Shown piece after piece: positions 10,667 to 22,118 of a stretch of 64,000 nt of DNA. Position numbers and translations under genes: made by a program. The stretch is from an uncultured Acidimicrobiales bacterium (GTDB lineage: Bacteria > Actinomycetota > Acidimicrobiia > Acidimicrobiales > UBA10347): NCBI GenBank assembly GCA_943788915.1, contig CALSSD010000006.1, forward strand, positions 248,001 through 312,000, in the 5' to 3' direction. Below the pieces are notes generated by a model. That model saw only the letters and a program-made list of their open reading frames with translations, was not told where the DNA came from and ran no database searches. Position 1 is the stretch's first letter, and each line of letters begins with the position of its first letter.

Positions 10667-10699
10667 GACGTGATGCTATGCATCTCGTTGCACCCGTCG

Positions 10700-12605
10700 T
10701 TAGCTGCTGTGGCTAATCCAGGTGGCGTACATCGATGCGTAGTAGCCGCCGTGTGCCACCAGTTCGTCGTGGGTGCCTAGTTCGATGATCTCACCGCCGT
10801 CGACCACCGCGATTCGGTCAGCCTTCATGGCGGTAGCCAGTCGATGGGCGATGATGATCGCTGTGCGACCGTCGAGCAGGGCGTCGAGCGCTCGTTCGAC
10901 CTTGGCCTCGGACTGCAGATCCAGGTTGGACGTAGCCTCGTCGAGTACGAGCACCCGAGGCCTGGCGACGAACGCTCGGGCCAGAGCCAACAGTTGTCGT
11001 TCGCCTGCAGACAGTGATGTGCCTCGTTCGTGCACCGGGGTATCGAGAGATTGTGGAAGTCCGGCGACGAGGTCGTCGATCCCGGCTGCGGTGAGCGCCT
11101 GCCAGATCTCGTGGTCGGTGGCGTCGGGCCGCGCAAAGCTCACATTGTCGCGTACGGTTCCAGCGAACAAGAACGGTTCTTGCGGAACAACACCAAGTTG
11201 GCGACGAAGGGATGTAATGGTCACGTCACGTAGGTCGTGGCCGTCGATTCGCACGGTCCCTTGTTGTGGGTCATAGAACCGAGTGATCAGCTTGGCGATG
11301 GTTGACTTGCCCGCCCCTGTTGGTCCAACGACAGCGATCGATTCGCCCTGGGCGAGTGACAGGCTCACATCGTGCAAGATAGGGACGGCAGGGTCGTAGC
11401 CGAATGTCACGTGTTCAAGCTCGATAACGCCCTCGATCGGAGGTAGGTCGATGGCGTCCGGTGCTTCGGCGAACCGAGGGAGCCTGCGCCAGCAACTCAC
11501 GCAGTTTGGCGACCGCGGACTGTCCTTGCTGGTAGCCGTTGTAGAGCTGGGTGAGGGATTGAATCGGGGCAAAGAACGCTGCCAGGTACAACAAGAAGGC
11601 GGTGAGTTCACCAATCTCGAGGTCACCATTAATCACCCGTCGGCCACCTATGAGCAGCACCAATGCCTGGCCGAAAATGGCGATCCCTTCGGTGCCGGGT
11701 GTGTAGATCGAGGCCGCCCGAATGGCATTGAGATTGGCGTCCTTGTGGTCACCGACCACATTGGTGTGGTTGATCACATTGTGGCGGCGGCGGTTGTGAG
11801 CCGTGATGACTCGAATACCGGCCAGGCTCTCCTGCAGGTCGGACAGGACTCGGCCAATATGGTCGCGGACCTTTGCGTACGCAGCGTCGGACCGACGTCG
11901 GAACCAGTTGCTGAGCACGATGGTGACGGGAACGACCACAAGCAGGGTCATTGCTGCCAGCGACGGATCTAGGACAAACAGCACGATCGTGATTACCAGC
12001 AGGGTCAGTCCCTGCACTGCGAAGCTGACCAGCCCCTCCTGGAACAGTTGAGACAGTGCTTCGACATCGCTCGTCATCCGAGTCATGAGGACACCAGCCT
12101 TTTCGCTGGTGTAGAAACCCAATGACTGGCGCTGAAGATGGCTAAAGACACGGATTCGAAGCGACCTGGTCAGGTCCTCGCCCAACGTGCCGGTGTAACG
12201 AATACGGATGCGGCTGTTGACCGCTCCGATGGCGACCGAAGAGATGTAGGCGAAGGCCACCCACACGAGCACTGACTTGTTCTTAGGTGTAACGCCGTCG
12301 TCGATACCGATCTGGGTCAGAAGGGGTCCGGCTTGCAGGGCCAGGCTTTCGAAAACCACGAGCAGGAGCGCACCAAAGAGCCGCCAACGGTGGGGCCACA
12401 GGAAGCTGCGGAGGGTGAACGGCACCGTGCCTGGGTGGATGTGTTCGAACGTGATGGCCGGGTCCGGGTGTTCGGGTTCGCGATCTAGTACCGCGTCGAC
12501 CCGGTCCTGTAGGTGGCCGGGGACACCAGCGTGGGGGAGCCCGGCGTCGCGAGAGGCGGTGACTGAGTTGGCGCCGCCGAAACCCACGGGGGGACCGAAG
12601 CTCAC
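10700..12605 (-). CDS. ABC exporter, fused TMD+NBD, frameshifted near 11471
   Basis: TMD in ORF 11415-12605; NBD (GPTGAGKS, LSAGERQ, LVLDEAT) in ORF 10700-11629. Confidence 0.85.
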
Positions 12606-14509
12606 GGTGCTCCTTCGTCGATGAGGTCGGGCTCTAGCGGATCAGCCTCGGCGAGAATCTGGACATAACGTGGTTCGTGCGCAAGAAGATCCGCGTGCGT
12701 ACCGGTGGCGACGACCTGTCCGCCCTCAAGAAGTAGCACTCGATCAGCCAACGCGATGGTTGACAACCGGTGGGCGATCAAGATCGTGGTTCGGTCAGCG
12801 AGTAAGCCGTGCAGCGCGTCGTGGATCGCCGACTCGACAGTGACATCGATGGCGCTCGTGGCGTCGTCAAGCACCAAGATTGGTGGATTCTCAAGAAGCG
12901 TACGCGCAATCGCGATTCGTTGCCGCTGCCCGCCAGACAATGTGTAGCCGCGTTCACCAACAACGGTGTCGTAGCCGTTGCCAAGTTCGGTGATGAACTC
13001 GTGCGCCTGAGCGGCGGTCGCCGCGCGCACGACGTCATCCAAGTCTGCGTTGGGTAGCCCGTATGCGATGTTGTCGCGAACTGAGGACGAGAACAAGAAC
13101 GGCTCGTCGAAAACGAGGCCGACATAATGACGAAGACTTGTCAGCGTGACTGAGTGGATCGACTGGCCATCGATGGTGATGGTGCCGCTGTCGGCTTCAT
13201 AGAAACGTGCCAACAGCCGAGCAATGGTCGACTTGCCGCTACCGGTGCGGCCGACGATAGCCACCGTCTCGCCACCAGCGATGTGAAGGTTTAGCCCTGT
13301 CAAGACGGGCAGTCGTCGTGGCGTGACTCCCTCGTCGAAGCTGGGTGCTGCGTTCGGATAGGTGAAGTGCACATCGCGAAACTCGATGTCTCCTGCCGGG
13401 CGATCGAGGTCGCTCGCTCCAGGAGAGTCTGCAATGTCTGGTTCCTCGTCGAGCACCTCGTAGATACGAGTCGCGGATGCGCTTGCTCGTTGGGCCTGAA
13501 GCACGATGAAGCCAAACATGCGAAACGGTGCCTGCATCATGATGACATAGGCGTTGAAGGCAAACAGGGTGCCGATGCTGACCTTGCCGTCCACAGCGAG
13601 CAGCCCTCCGTAGAGAAGGACCATGGCCATACCAACCCGAGGCAGAGCTTCGATGAACGGGTTGTAACGAGCGCGAGTCTTGATCGCTTCAACGTTGGCC
13701 CATTTGAGATGGTCAGCCGCTCGGGCGAGCAGATTGACTTGGCGTTCCTCGGCGGCGAATGACTTGACCACTCGCGTGCCGTTGACGTTCTCGTCGACGA
13801 TGGTTGCGAGTTCGGCCATGCGGGCCTGGCTCACCCAGGTGAGCGGAAAGACGGTGGTGCGTAACTTCTGCCCAAACACGTAGACCAGCGGAAGTGTGCT
13901 CAGGGCTACCAGGGTCAGCGGCACATGGATGGTCAGCATGAAACCGAACGCCAGCACGAATGCGAGGCCGGACATCATGATCAGAGGCCCGTAGGCAAGC
14001 AGCAGTTGGATCGAACGGATATCGCTATTGGCTCGGGAGATAACCTGGCCCGACTGAGTGCGGTCGTAGTAAGAAAAGGACAACGTGGTCAGACGGTCAT
14101 ACAACAGCGCCCGTAGATCGGTCTCGACATTCCACGCAAGCTGGAACAGGGAATATCGGTACGTCAGCCCGAAAAGAAACCGGCCAAGACCTAGGCAGAG
14201 AAGAACCACGATCCATGTGGTCAGGTCGCTTCGGTCACCGCTAATCGTGCTGTCGATAGCGGAGCGCACCACCGCTGGCACGGCAACCTGAAGCACGAGC
14301 GCAATGACCCCAGACACGGCGCCGATCAGCAATGGCCGACGATGCTGTTTGAGCAGCGGCAGCAGTCGCCGCATCCATCCGAGATCGCGGTCAGGATCGA
14401 TGCTGGCGCGAGGCGACCGGTGGCGAACTTTGAGGCCTACATGTTCGAAGACCAATGAGTCAGTGTCTCGGGAGTCGGGTCTGGAGTCGGGTCTGGGAGT
14501 TTGGGTCAA
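12602..14509 (-). CDS. ABC exporter, fused TMD+NBD (probable heterodimer partner)
   Basis: TM domain, GRTGSGKS, LSGGQRQR, degenerate Walker B LVLDDATS. Confidence 0.9.
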   Translation of the reverse strand: MTQTPRPDSRPDSRDTDSLVFEHVGLKVRHRSPRASIDPDRDLGWMRRLLPLLKQHRRPLLIGAVSGVIALVLQVAVPAVVRSAIDSTISGDRSDLTTWIVVLLCLGLGRFLFGLTYRYSLFQLAWNVETDLRALLYDRLTTLSFSYYDRTQSGQVISRANSDIRSIQLLLAYGPLIMMSGLAFVLAFGFMLTIHVPLTLVALSTLPLVYVFGQKLRTTVFPLTWVSQARMAELATIVDENVNGTRVVKSFAAEERQVNLLARAADHLKWANVEAIKTRARYNPFIEALPRVGMAMVLLYGGLLAVDGKVSIGTLFAFNAYVIMMQAPFRMFGFIVLQAQRASASATRIYEVLDEEPDIADSPGASDLDRPAGDIEFRDVHFTYPNAAPSFDEGVTPRRLPVLTGLNLHIAGGETVAIVGRTGSGKSTIARLLARFYEADSGTITIDGQSIHSVTLTSLRHYVGLVFDEPFLFSSSVRDNIAYGLPNADLDDVVRAATAAQAHEFITELGNGYDTVVGERGYTLSGGQRQRIAIARTLLENPPILVLDDATSAIDVTVESAIHDALHGLLADRTTILIAHRLSTIALADRVLLLEGGQVVATGTHADLLAHEPRYVQILAEADPLEPDLIDEGAP

Positions 14510-14677
14510 GCGAGGTCGGGAGTGGAGGATTGGTTGCGGTCATGGCTCACGCCCATCCTTGCACGTTGTTGCCACAAAACCGATCCGGTCAACCGAGTTC
14601 TGTTCCTCGAGCGAGTTCGTGCTGCAAAATCGAATGAGATGGGTTGTGGGTCTGAGCCTGGAAGGGCGCGAGACTCA

Positions 14678-15673
14678 ATGATCATGCGCGCGTTTGTCAC
14701 TCACAACCCCGAAGATCTCGATGCCTACTACGGACGAGCCTTGCCCAAGCTCCGAGAGATCGCCGAGGTTGTACTCAATCCCATCGACCGTGACTTGACG
14801 ACACCCGAGTTCATCGAGGCCGCTGCTGGTTGCGAGGTGATCATTGCTCACCGAGCGACACCGGGTGACGCAGCGATCTTCCGTGCCTTACCGGAGCTGA
14901 CCGCCTTTCTACGTTGTGCGGTTGACATCAGTACCGTCGACGTCGTAGCTGCCAGCGCCGCCGGTGTTGTGGTGGCCCGGGCCGACAAAAGTTTCGTCGC
15001 ATCCACCGCCGAGTTGGCCGTTGGGCTGTTGTTGGACTGCGCTCGCAATATCTCAGCGTCTACCGTTGACTACCGGTCCGGTACGGCGCCGCCGCAACGA
15101 TCTGGATGGCAGCTCGCAGGTCAGACCGCTGGCATTCTGGGCTACGGAGCGATCGGTTCGTATTTGGCTGGTCTTCTCAGCGCCATGGGTATGCACGTCC
15201 TCGTGCATGACCCGTTTGTGATCGATATCCCCATGCCCATTGAACGTGCTGGGTTACAAGAAGTTCTGGCCACCGCCGACGTGGTGTTCCCATTGGCACC
15301 AGCTACACCCGAGACCGAAAACCTGATTGGACAGGCCGAGCTTGCGTCGATGAAGCCTGGTGTCACGCTCATCAACGTCTCTCGGGGTGAGCTGATGGAT
15401 GAAGCTGCCGTGTTGGCGGCGTTGCGGTCGGGACACCTCGGTGCGCTCGGTCTCGATGTCGGGCGAGCAGCCGATCAGCGGCCGTCGCTTGCCCTCGCTC
15501 AACACCCCAGAACAGTGGCCACGCCGCATCTGGGCGGTCTCACGCCGCAGAATGCCGATGCCCAAGCTGCCAGTAGCGTTGAACAGGTCGCTGCCATGAT
15601 CGCCGGGGCCTTGCCGCCACGGAGCGTCAACGCCGAGCATGCGGATCGGCTCCAGCAGTGGTGGAAGCAGTGA
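14678..15673 (+). CDS. D-isomer-specific 2-hydroxyacid dehydrogenase family
   Basis: GILGYGAIG, INVSRG, LDV, TPHLGG. Confidence 0.8.
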   Translation: MIMRAFVTHNPEDLDAYYGRALPKLREIAEVVLNPIDRDLTTPEFIEAAAGCEVIIAHRATPGDAAIFRALPELTAFLRCAVDISTVDVVAASAAGVVVARADKSFVASTAELAVGLLLDCARNISASTVDYRSGTAPPQRSGWQLAGQTAGILGYGAIGSYLAGLLSAMGMHVLVHDPFVIDIPMPIERAGLQEVLATADVVFPLAPATPETENLIGQAELASMKPGVTLINVSRGELMDEAAVLAALRSGHLGALGLDVGRAADQRPSLALAQHPRTVATPHLGGLTPQNADAQAASSVEQVAAMIAGALPPRSVNAEHADRLQQWWKQ

Positions 15674-16527
15674 CACCTGAGAGCGAACTTCCTGGAAACC
15701 GCAGCGCTGGCCTGGTCGGCACATGTGACACCCATATGCACTTCTACGACGGTTCCTATCCGGCGTCGGCCAGTGCCACATTGTTCCCGCCGGATGCCTC
15801 GCCATCGGCCTATCGAGACGTACAACAAGCGCTTGGACTACAGCGTGTGGTCGTGGTGCAACCCACGACCTATGGGCTCGACAACTCGTGCCAGCTCGAT
15901 GCGATGTTGAAGTTCGGCCATGACGCCAGGGGAGTGATGGTGGTCGACGCTGGAACTACAGCTGCGGAACTGCAACGGTTAGATGGCCGCGGGGTGGTCG
16001 GCGCTCGGTTCCATATGTTGCCTGGCGGCGCAGTGCCGTGGGAAGACCTGGAAGCCGTTGCGGCCACGATCGCCGAACTTGGCTGGCATATCCAACTGCA
16101 GTGCAACGGCCGAGAACTCCCAGCCCGCCGTGCTCAACTCGCAACCCTGCCCACGGCACTGGTGATTGACCACGTTGGCCGTTTCATGCCACCGGTTGGG
16201 GCAGCCGATCCGGCATTCCAAGTGTTGTGCGAGTTGATGGAGGGCGGCAATACCTGGGTCAAACTCTCCGCTCCTTACGAGTCCTCGCTCGAATCGATCA
16301 CCAACGAACCAATCGATGACCATCACGCAGATGTTTTACCGCTGGTGGATCACCTGGTTCACCGATATCCAGAACGCCTCTTATGGGCGACGAACTGGCC
16401 GCACCCCGGACAGGACCCATCACCGACCGTTGACTCGATCGCAAGGCAACGGGATCGTTGGCTTCCAACCAGTGCATTACGTCAGCAAGTGTTGGTGGAC
16501 AACCCCGACGAGGTCTACTTCGGTTAA
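15670..16527 (+). CDS. Amidohydrolase (LigI / D-galactarolactone isomerase-like)
   Basis: CDTHMH, VQPTTYG.DN, IDHVG, VKLSAPY, WATNWPHP. Confidence 0.75.
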   Translation: MTPESELPGNRSAGLVGTCDTHMHFYDGSYPASASATLFPPDASPSAYRDVQQALGLQRVVVVQPTTYGLDNSCQLDAMLKFGHDARGVMVVDAGTTAAELQRLDGRGVVGARFHMLPGGAVPWEDLEAVAATIAELGWHIQLQCNGRELPARRAQLATLPTALVIDHVGRFMPPVGAADPAFQVLCELMEGGNTWVKLSAPYESSLESITNEPIDDHHADVLPLVDHLVHRYPERLLWATNWPHPGQDPSPTVDSIARQRDRWLPTSALRQQVLVDNPDEVYFG

Positions 16528-17321
16528 GACAACATCGCTCCCGCGACTTCTTTGAGCAGCTTGGCGGCGACTGCCGCGGTCATGTCAACGACATCGCGAT
16601 CGGGATTGAGTTCGACAATGTCGGCGCCGACGAGGTGGTGGTCTCGCAGCGAATCGATGACGTCGAGTAGTTCGCGAAAAGTCAGCCCACCAGGCTCATG
16701 GTGTGACACGCCGGGAGCGACCGACGGGTCAAGCCCATCGATATCGATCGACAAATAGACCGGGCCGGAGATGGACGACGGGTCGAACTCGCCAAGGTTT
16801 CGAGGCGCAATCATCTCGACATCCCAACGAGCTGCTTGGTCACGCTGGTGGGTTGTGGCCGTTCGGATACCGATTTGGATGAGCCGCTGCATGCATCCTG
16901 CTTCAAGGGCTCGGGCGAACGGCGATGCGTGACTGAGCGGATTGTCGTCGAGATTGTCGTAGAGATCGGGATGGGCATCGATATGGACCACGGTCAGCTG
17001 CTCGTAGAGGGCGGCGAAGCCCCGCAGGATGGGGAACGTCACTGAATGATCGCCGCCCAGACAGATCATGCGCTGACCTGCTGCCACGATCTCGGTCACT
17101 CGGTCGGTGATCGCGTCGGCATCGGCCGTGGAGGCAGCCACGTTGTCGAGCTCGAGATTCCCAAGGTCTTCGATCTGAGGAACCACTTCGATGCCGTGTT
17201 CGGTTACATGATTGCCGCTGCCCGAGTGCAGCACCGTCCGAATGGCGTCAGGGGCCTTGGCAGCGCCGAACAGGTGCGATGAGTTGGCATCGAGCGGAAT
17301 CCCGAGCAAGGAGATGGTCAC
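16524..17321 (-). CDS. Agmatinase/arginase-family ureohydrolase
   Basis: GGDHSVT, DAHPD, DIDGLDP, EPGG. Confidence 0.85.
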   Translation of the reverse strand: MTISLLGIPLDANSSHLFGAAKAPDAIRTVLHSGSGNHVTEHGIEVVPQIEDLGNLELDNVAASTADADAITDRVTEIVAAGQRMICLGGDHSVTFPILRGFAALYEQLTVVHIDAHPDLYDNLDDNPLSHASPFARALEAGCMQRLIQIGIRTATTHQRDQAARWDVEMIAPRNLGEFDPSSISGPVYLSIDIDGLDPSVAPGVSHHEPGGLTFRELLDVIDSLRDHHLVGADIVELNPDRDVVDMTAAVAAKLLKEVAGAMLS

Positions 17322-17342
17322 AAGGCGAGGATATGCCGCGGT

Positions 17343-18461
17343 CTAAGCGCCGGTTGCGTCGTCGATTCGCTCCTGCGTGACGCCGACCGAACGTGCGGCG
17401 GTGATGATGCTGGCCCACAGATCGGCGGGCAGATGGAGCCCCGAGGCCTCGCGCTCGGTTCGGCGCTCTCGTTCACGATCGCCGGGCATCCGAACCGGGT
17501 CTTCGGCATCCAGTGGAGTGGCGCCAAGGAACCACTCGATGTAGTCGGTCACCCCTGCTGCGAACGTGTCGTCGGGGTCGATGCGAACCGGATCGATATA
17601 GATCGACAACATTCCGTTGGCGAAACGTACCTCGCCAGGGCCGGCCGTTCCCGTGCCGGTGAGTGCACCAGCGAGCAACTCGCACATGACACTCAGTCCT
17701 GAACCCTTGTGTTCACCCATTGCCCGCAATGCCCCTGGCCCACCGTTCGAGTTCGGTCGCTGGCCAGGCTGGATGTCGTACAACACCGAAGGATCACCGG
17801 TGATGCCATCGGGTCCGACCAGTGCATTGTCGGGAACCGCAGGACCACCATGGAGGGCAACCATCGTTTTGCCTTCGGCAACGATCGATGTAGCGAAATC
17901 GTGTACCACTGGCGGCAGCCCATCGGGCCGGGGTACACCAAAAGCATACGGATTGGTCCCCATGCGGCGGTCACGGGACCCAAATGGGGCAACTAGCTGA
18001 CTACTCGCAACATTGACTATATGCATGGACACCAGCCCCGCTGCCGCGGCTTGTTCAGCAAACGCCCCAATCCGACCAAGATGGCCCGCCTTCCGCAGCG
18101 CAACGATGGCCAGGCCATGTTCGGTCGCTCGCTCAATACCTAGATCGACAGCGAGTGGACCCACGGTCTGGCCCATGCCGTACTGGCCATCGACCAGCAT
18201 GAGCGTTGGTTCATCGATGAGCATGGCCAACGTTTGGTCGGCGAGCTGCACACCCGCTGACAGCCAGTCGACGTAACGGGGAACCCGGACCACGCCATGA
18301 CTGTCATGGCCAGTGAGATTGGCATCGACAAGGTTGGCAGCGATACGCCGACTCTCCTGGGGCGAACAACTTGTGTGTTCGAAGATCTCGGTAACCAGAT
18401 CTGCCAATGCCTGTTGGGTGATGACGATCTCGTTGAGCGCCGGGTCGTTGCTGGACTGCAT
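17343..18461 (-). CDS. Ldh_2 family malate/lactate/ureidoglycolate-type oxidoreductase
   Basis: GHDSHG, GHLGRIG, GTNP, HKGSGL. Confidence 0.85.
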   Translation of the reverse strand: MQSSNDPALNEIVITQQALADLVTEIFEHTSCSPQESRRIAANLVDANLTGHDSHGVVRVPRYVDWLSAGVQLADQTLAMLIDEPTLMLVDGQYGMGQTVGPLAVDLGIERATEHGLAIVALRKAGHLGRIGAFAEQAAAAGLVSMHIVNVASSQLVAPFGSRDRRMGTNPYAFGVPRPDGLPPVVHDFATSIVAEGKTMVALHGGPAVPDNALVGPDGITGDPSVLYDIQPGQRPNSNGGPGALRAMGEHKGSGLSVMCELLAGALTGTGTAGPGEVRFANGMLSIYIDPVRIDPDDTFAAGVTDYIEWFLGATPLDAEDPVRMPGDRERERRTEREASGLHLPADLWASIITAARSVGVTQERIDDATGA

Positions 18462-18554
18462 AGACCTGACACTAGTGAAGGCGCACTAGTGGCCGCATAG
18501 CGCGGTGGACTAGAACGGAGGGAAGACCGTAGGACCACAAGCAAGGGATGTCGA

Positions 18555-19064
18555 ATGGCTGTCGAGAACTTCGCCGTAGAAGCGAGTCACATCATGATGT
18601 TCGCTCGGGCGATTGGTGACCCGAACCCGATCTACTCGGATGCGGGACATGCCGAGAGCGCCGAACCGGGCGGCATCATTGCTCCGCCCACGTTTGCACA
18701 GGCCAGCGCCCAGTTCGACCCGGATTATCGACTTCGGCCCAAAGTGGGGAAACCATGGATGGGTTCCGGCAAGGAAGCTACCGGCATAGCGCCGAAGGAG
18801 CCAGGTGCAAGCGACGACGCACCGGTCGGGATGGGAGCCCGAGGCTTACATGCCGAGCAACATTTCGAGTATCACCGCAACATGCGGCCCGGCGACGTTT
18901 TGAGCGCGACGGTAAAGAATGGGGAGAGCTGGGAGAAACACTCGAAACGCGCCGGTGTGCTCAAGTTCAGCGAGACAGTCACCGAGTACCGGGACCAGCA
19001 CGGTGAACTTGTGATCACGGCTCGAAGTGTTGGCGTGACTACCGAAAAAGCAGTCGAGGGTTAG
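18555..19064 (+). CDS. MaoC-like dehydratase N-terminal type subunit
   Basis: FARAIGDPNPIY, IAPPTF, LHAEQHFEY. Confidence 0.8.
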   Translation: MAVENFAVEASHIMMFARAIGDPNPIYSDAGHAESAEPGGIIAPPTFAQASAQFDPDYRLRPKVGKPWMGSGKEATGIAPKEPGASDDAPVGMGARGLHAEQHFEYHRNMRPGDVLSATVKNGESWEKHSKRAGVLKFSETVTEYRDQHGELVITARSVGVTTEKAVEG

Positions 19065-19073
19065 GAACAGATC

Positions 19074-19496
19074 ATGGCCTTGAACGCAGCCCAACTCCAG
19101 GTTGGCGATACCTACTCCGAGGTTCTCGTAAAGGACCTCACGCGCACGCAGCTGGTGCAATACGCCGGAGCATCTGGCGACTACAACCCCGTGCATACCG
19201 ATGAGAAGTTCGTGACAGAAGTCGCTGGTTACCCGACCGTGTTCGCACACGGCATGTTGACCATGGGTATGACTGGCATGTTGCTCACGAACTACGTGGG
19301 CGACGGCCGACTCACAAAGTACGGCGTGCGATTCGTGAACCAGGTTTGGCCGGGCGACACGCTTACCGGGACCGCCGAGGTCGTAGAGATTCGTGAGGAA
19401 GACGGTGCTCATCTGGTTGACCTCAAGCTCACCACCGTGAACCAAGACGACACGCCTGTGCTCACCGGCACGGCTACGGCACGCATCGACAGCTAG
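19074..19496 (+). CDS. MaoC dehydratase
   Basis: YAGASGDYNPVHTD, AHGM. Confidence 0.85.
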   Translation: MALNAAQLQVGDTYSEVLVKDLTRTQLVQYAGASGDYNPVHTDEKFVTEVAGYPTVFAHGMLTMGMTGMLLTNYVGDGRLTKYGVRFVNQVWPGDTLTGTAEVVEIREEDGAHLVDLKLTTVNQDDTPVLTGTATARIDS

Positions 19497-19514
19497 TTGG
19501 ACGCGACAACCCCC

Positions 19515-20327
19515 ATGGACGAAGTGCTCGTCGACGTAGTCGATCGCGTCGCGATCATCACCTTGAACCGGCCTGATGCGCTGAACGCGTGGAATGGCCC
19601 GCTCTGCCAACAGCTGGATGCCGCACTGACCTGGGCAGCCGAGGCCGACGAGGTCGGCGCGGTCGTGATCACCGGTGCAGGTCGGGCATTTTGTGCTGGG
19701 GCTGACCTGAGCGGGGGCGGAGACACGTTCACCGACGCATCAGCCCGTGGTGGCGACGATGACATCGAGGCGCGCACACCGAGTGTCCTTCCATGGGACG
19801 TACCCAAACCGGTGCTTGCTGCAATGAACGGCCATGCCGTGGGGGTCGGGGCAACGTACGCGCTCGCGTGCGACGTCAGGATCGCTTCCGAGTCAGCAAA
19901 GATTGCATTCGTCTTCGCCCGGCGCGGCATGTTGAGCGAGCTCGGCTCGCACGCAGTGTTACCCCGAGTTGTTGGGTTTTCGCACGCAGCTGACCTGTTG
20001 ATGAGCGGTCGTCCCGTCACCGGCGTCGAAGCAGCGGGCATGGGTCTCGTATCGCAGGCTGTCGCGCCAGAAGACGTGCTTTCTGTGACGATGGCAAAGG
20101 CCAAAGAGATGGCCACCCTAAGTGCGCCGGTTTCCATGGCAATTTCCAAACGACTCCTATGGGACTCGATGGGCCTCGAGGAGATGCGTCGCCGAGAGGA
20201 GCCGTTGTTCGACTGGGTTGCCGCTCAGCCCGATTCCATTGAAGGAGTCGAGTCGTTTCTCGAGAAGCGTGATCCTGATTGGAAGCTGTCCGCCGTCGAT
20301 GATTTCCCGGAGGATCTATTCGCATGA
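19515..20327 (+). CDS. Enoyl-CoA hydratase/isomerase
   Basis: LNRPDALNA, AFCAGADL, NGHAVGVG. Confidence 0.85.
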   Translation: MDEVLVDVVDRVAIITLNRPDALNAWNGPLCQQLDAALTWAAEADEVGAVVITGAGRAFCAGADLSGGGDTFTDASARGGDDDIEARTPSVLPWDVPKPVLAAMNGHAVGVGATYALACDVRIASESAKIAFVFARRGMLSELGSHAVLPRVVGFSHAADLLMSGRPVTGVEAAGMGLVSQAVAPEDVLSVTMAKAKEMATLSAPVSMAISKRLLWDSMGLEEMRRREEPLFDWVAAQPDSIEGVESFLEKRDPDWKLSAVDDFPEDLFA

Positions 20328-21344
20328 GTCTTGAGTTTGGTCTGATGACGTTAGGAGATCTACTCGCTGACCCGGTTAGCGGTGAAGTAGTGACCGACTC
20401 GCAGCGTCATCGGTCGATAGCCGAACAGGCTGTCGTCTGCCGAGCAGGCTGGCTTCACTTCGATCCATCTCGGGGAGCACCATTTCAGCGATTACGTGTT
20501 GTCGTCGCCGCCGGTGGTACTCGGCGCGATAGGCGAGAGAACAAGAAACCTGAAGCTGAGCACTGCGGTGACCCTTGCTGGCAACCTCGATCCCGTCCGG
20601 GTCGCAGAAGACTATGCAACCGTCGATGTGTTGAGCGGAGGGCGCGTCGAGCTGGTCCTGGGCCGAGGCAGCTTGTTTCTTCGAACCTACGAAGGGTTTG
20701 GCCACGATGTCGCCACCGCACGCGAACGTTATGACGAGAACGTCCCGCTGCTCGTCACATTGTTGCGGGAAGAGAATGTGCACTGGGCTGGCGACTTCCG
20801 GGCGCCGCTGACCGGACACACGACGCGCCCACGGCCGGTGGGCGACATGCCCATTTGGGTCGGAGCGGGGTCCAAGGCATCGGCCGAACTCGCTGCCGAT
20901 CTCGGTTGTTGGCTGATGCTGCCGAGCGTTTTCGGCAAACCTGAAATGTTTGTGCCGATCGTCGATATCTACCGTGCTCGTTGGGAGTCGATCGGGCGAG
21001 ACTGGGCCGACGCCCGAGTCGGTGCCTGTTCACACTGTTTCGTGGGACCGACGAGCCAGGGCGCTCGGACACAGTGGGAGCCGTACTACCGCAACTATTG
21101 GGACTTCGTTGGTGATCTCCTTGGCGGTGAGGGCACGTGGCCGCCGTTTGACTTTGGTGAACTGCTCGCTGGGCCTGGCATCTGTGGCAGCCCGGCAGAG
21201 GTTGTTGACAAGATCGAAAGCTGGCGAGATATTTTTGGACTTGATCGACACCTGTTCATGTTCGACCTTGGCGGCATCGATGAGTCATCGCTGATGGGAA
21301 GTCTCGAGCTCTTCGGATCCAAGGTCATCCCGGCGGTCAAGTGA
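20324..21344 (+). CDS. LLM-class flavin-dependent oxidoreductase, frameshifted near 20438
   Basis: MSLEFGLMTLGD.. then AEQAGF..GEHHF, DPVRVAEDYATVD..SGGR in the next frame. Confidence 0.85.
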
Positions 21345-21371
21345 CATCAGCCCAGCTACAAAGGAATGCTT

Positions 21372-22118
21372 ATGAGTGAACTCGTACTGATCGAACGTCC
21401 AATGGAGCGCGTGGCACATGTCGTTCTGAACCGTCCCGAACGCCGAAATGCACTGACCGGACCTCTTGCCGATGCTTTCGGTGATGCTCTCGAACAACTT
21501 CATAACGACGACGACGTGACCGTGATCGTTATCCGAGGCGCTGGCAACGCCTTCTGCTCGGGGCTTGACCTGAAGGAGTTCAGTCAAGACCCTCAGCCAG
21601 ATTGGGTGCCGCTGTTTTCGAAGAAGTGGCGACGCATCCACAGCATCTTGTTTGAATCCGATCGCATCGTCGTGGGTGCACTTGAGCGGGCAGCAGTAAA
21701 CGGGGGTGCTGCACTTGCACTCGCATGTGACTTGCTCGTTGCCGGTGACACGTCGTTCTTGCAGGTGGGCGAGATCCAGCAAGGTATGGCCGCGCCAATG
21801 AACATGGCGTGGCTGCGGCTTCGTTTCTCCGAAGCGTTGGCTGCCCGGCTCGTGCTGCTAGGCGACCGCATTCCCGGCCCCGAACTCGTTCGGTTAGGGA
21901 TCGCGTATCAGAGCGTTCCCGATGATCAGGTTGTGGACGCCACCGACGCGCTCGTGGAGCGTCTTGCGGCCCACGATCGTGGGGGTGTCCGTCGCATCAA
22001 GACCTCGCTGCGCCGCACAACTGTGACTGAGTCGGCCGACGAATGGTTCGCCAAGGCTGTTGCGGCCGATCCATCTCCAACTGCCACCACGAGGCCAATC
22101 GCAGCGACCAATAGCTGA
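21372..22118 (+). CDS. Enoyl-CoA hydratase/isomerase
   Basis: LNRPERRNAL, AFCSGLDL, LALACD; SD AAGGA upstream. Confidence 0.85.
   Translation: MSELVLIERPMERVAHVVLNRPERRNALTGPLADAFGDALEQLHNDDDVTVIVIRGAGNAFCSGLDLKEFSQDPQPDWVPLFSKKWRRIHSILFESDRIVVGALERAAVNGGAALALACDLLVAGDTSFLQVGEIQQGMAAPMNMAWLRLRFSEALAARLVLLGDRIPGPELVRLGIAYQSVPDDQVVDATDALVERLAAHDRGGVRRIKTSLRRTTVTESADEWFAKAVAADPSPTATTRPIAATNS

Noticed and set aside
14470..14507. 12-bp repeat GGAGTCGGGTCT as a regulatory element
   Set aside because: Falls in the N-terminal PDSRPDSR coding tail of the ABC gene; likely simple slippage
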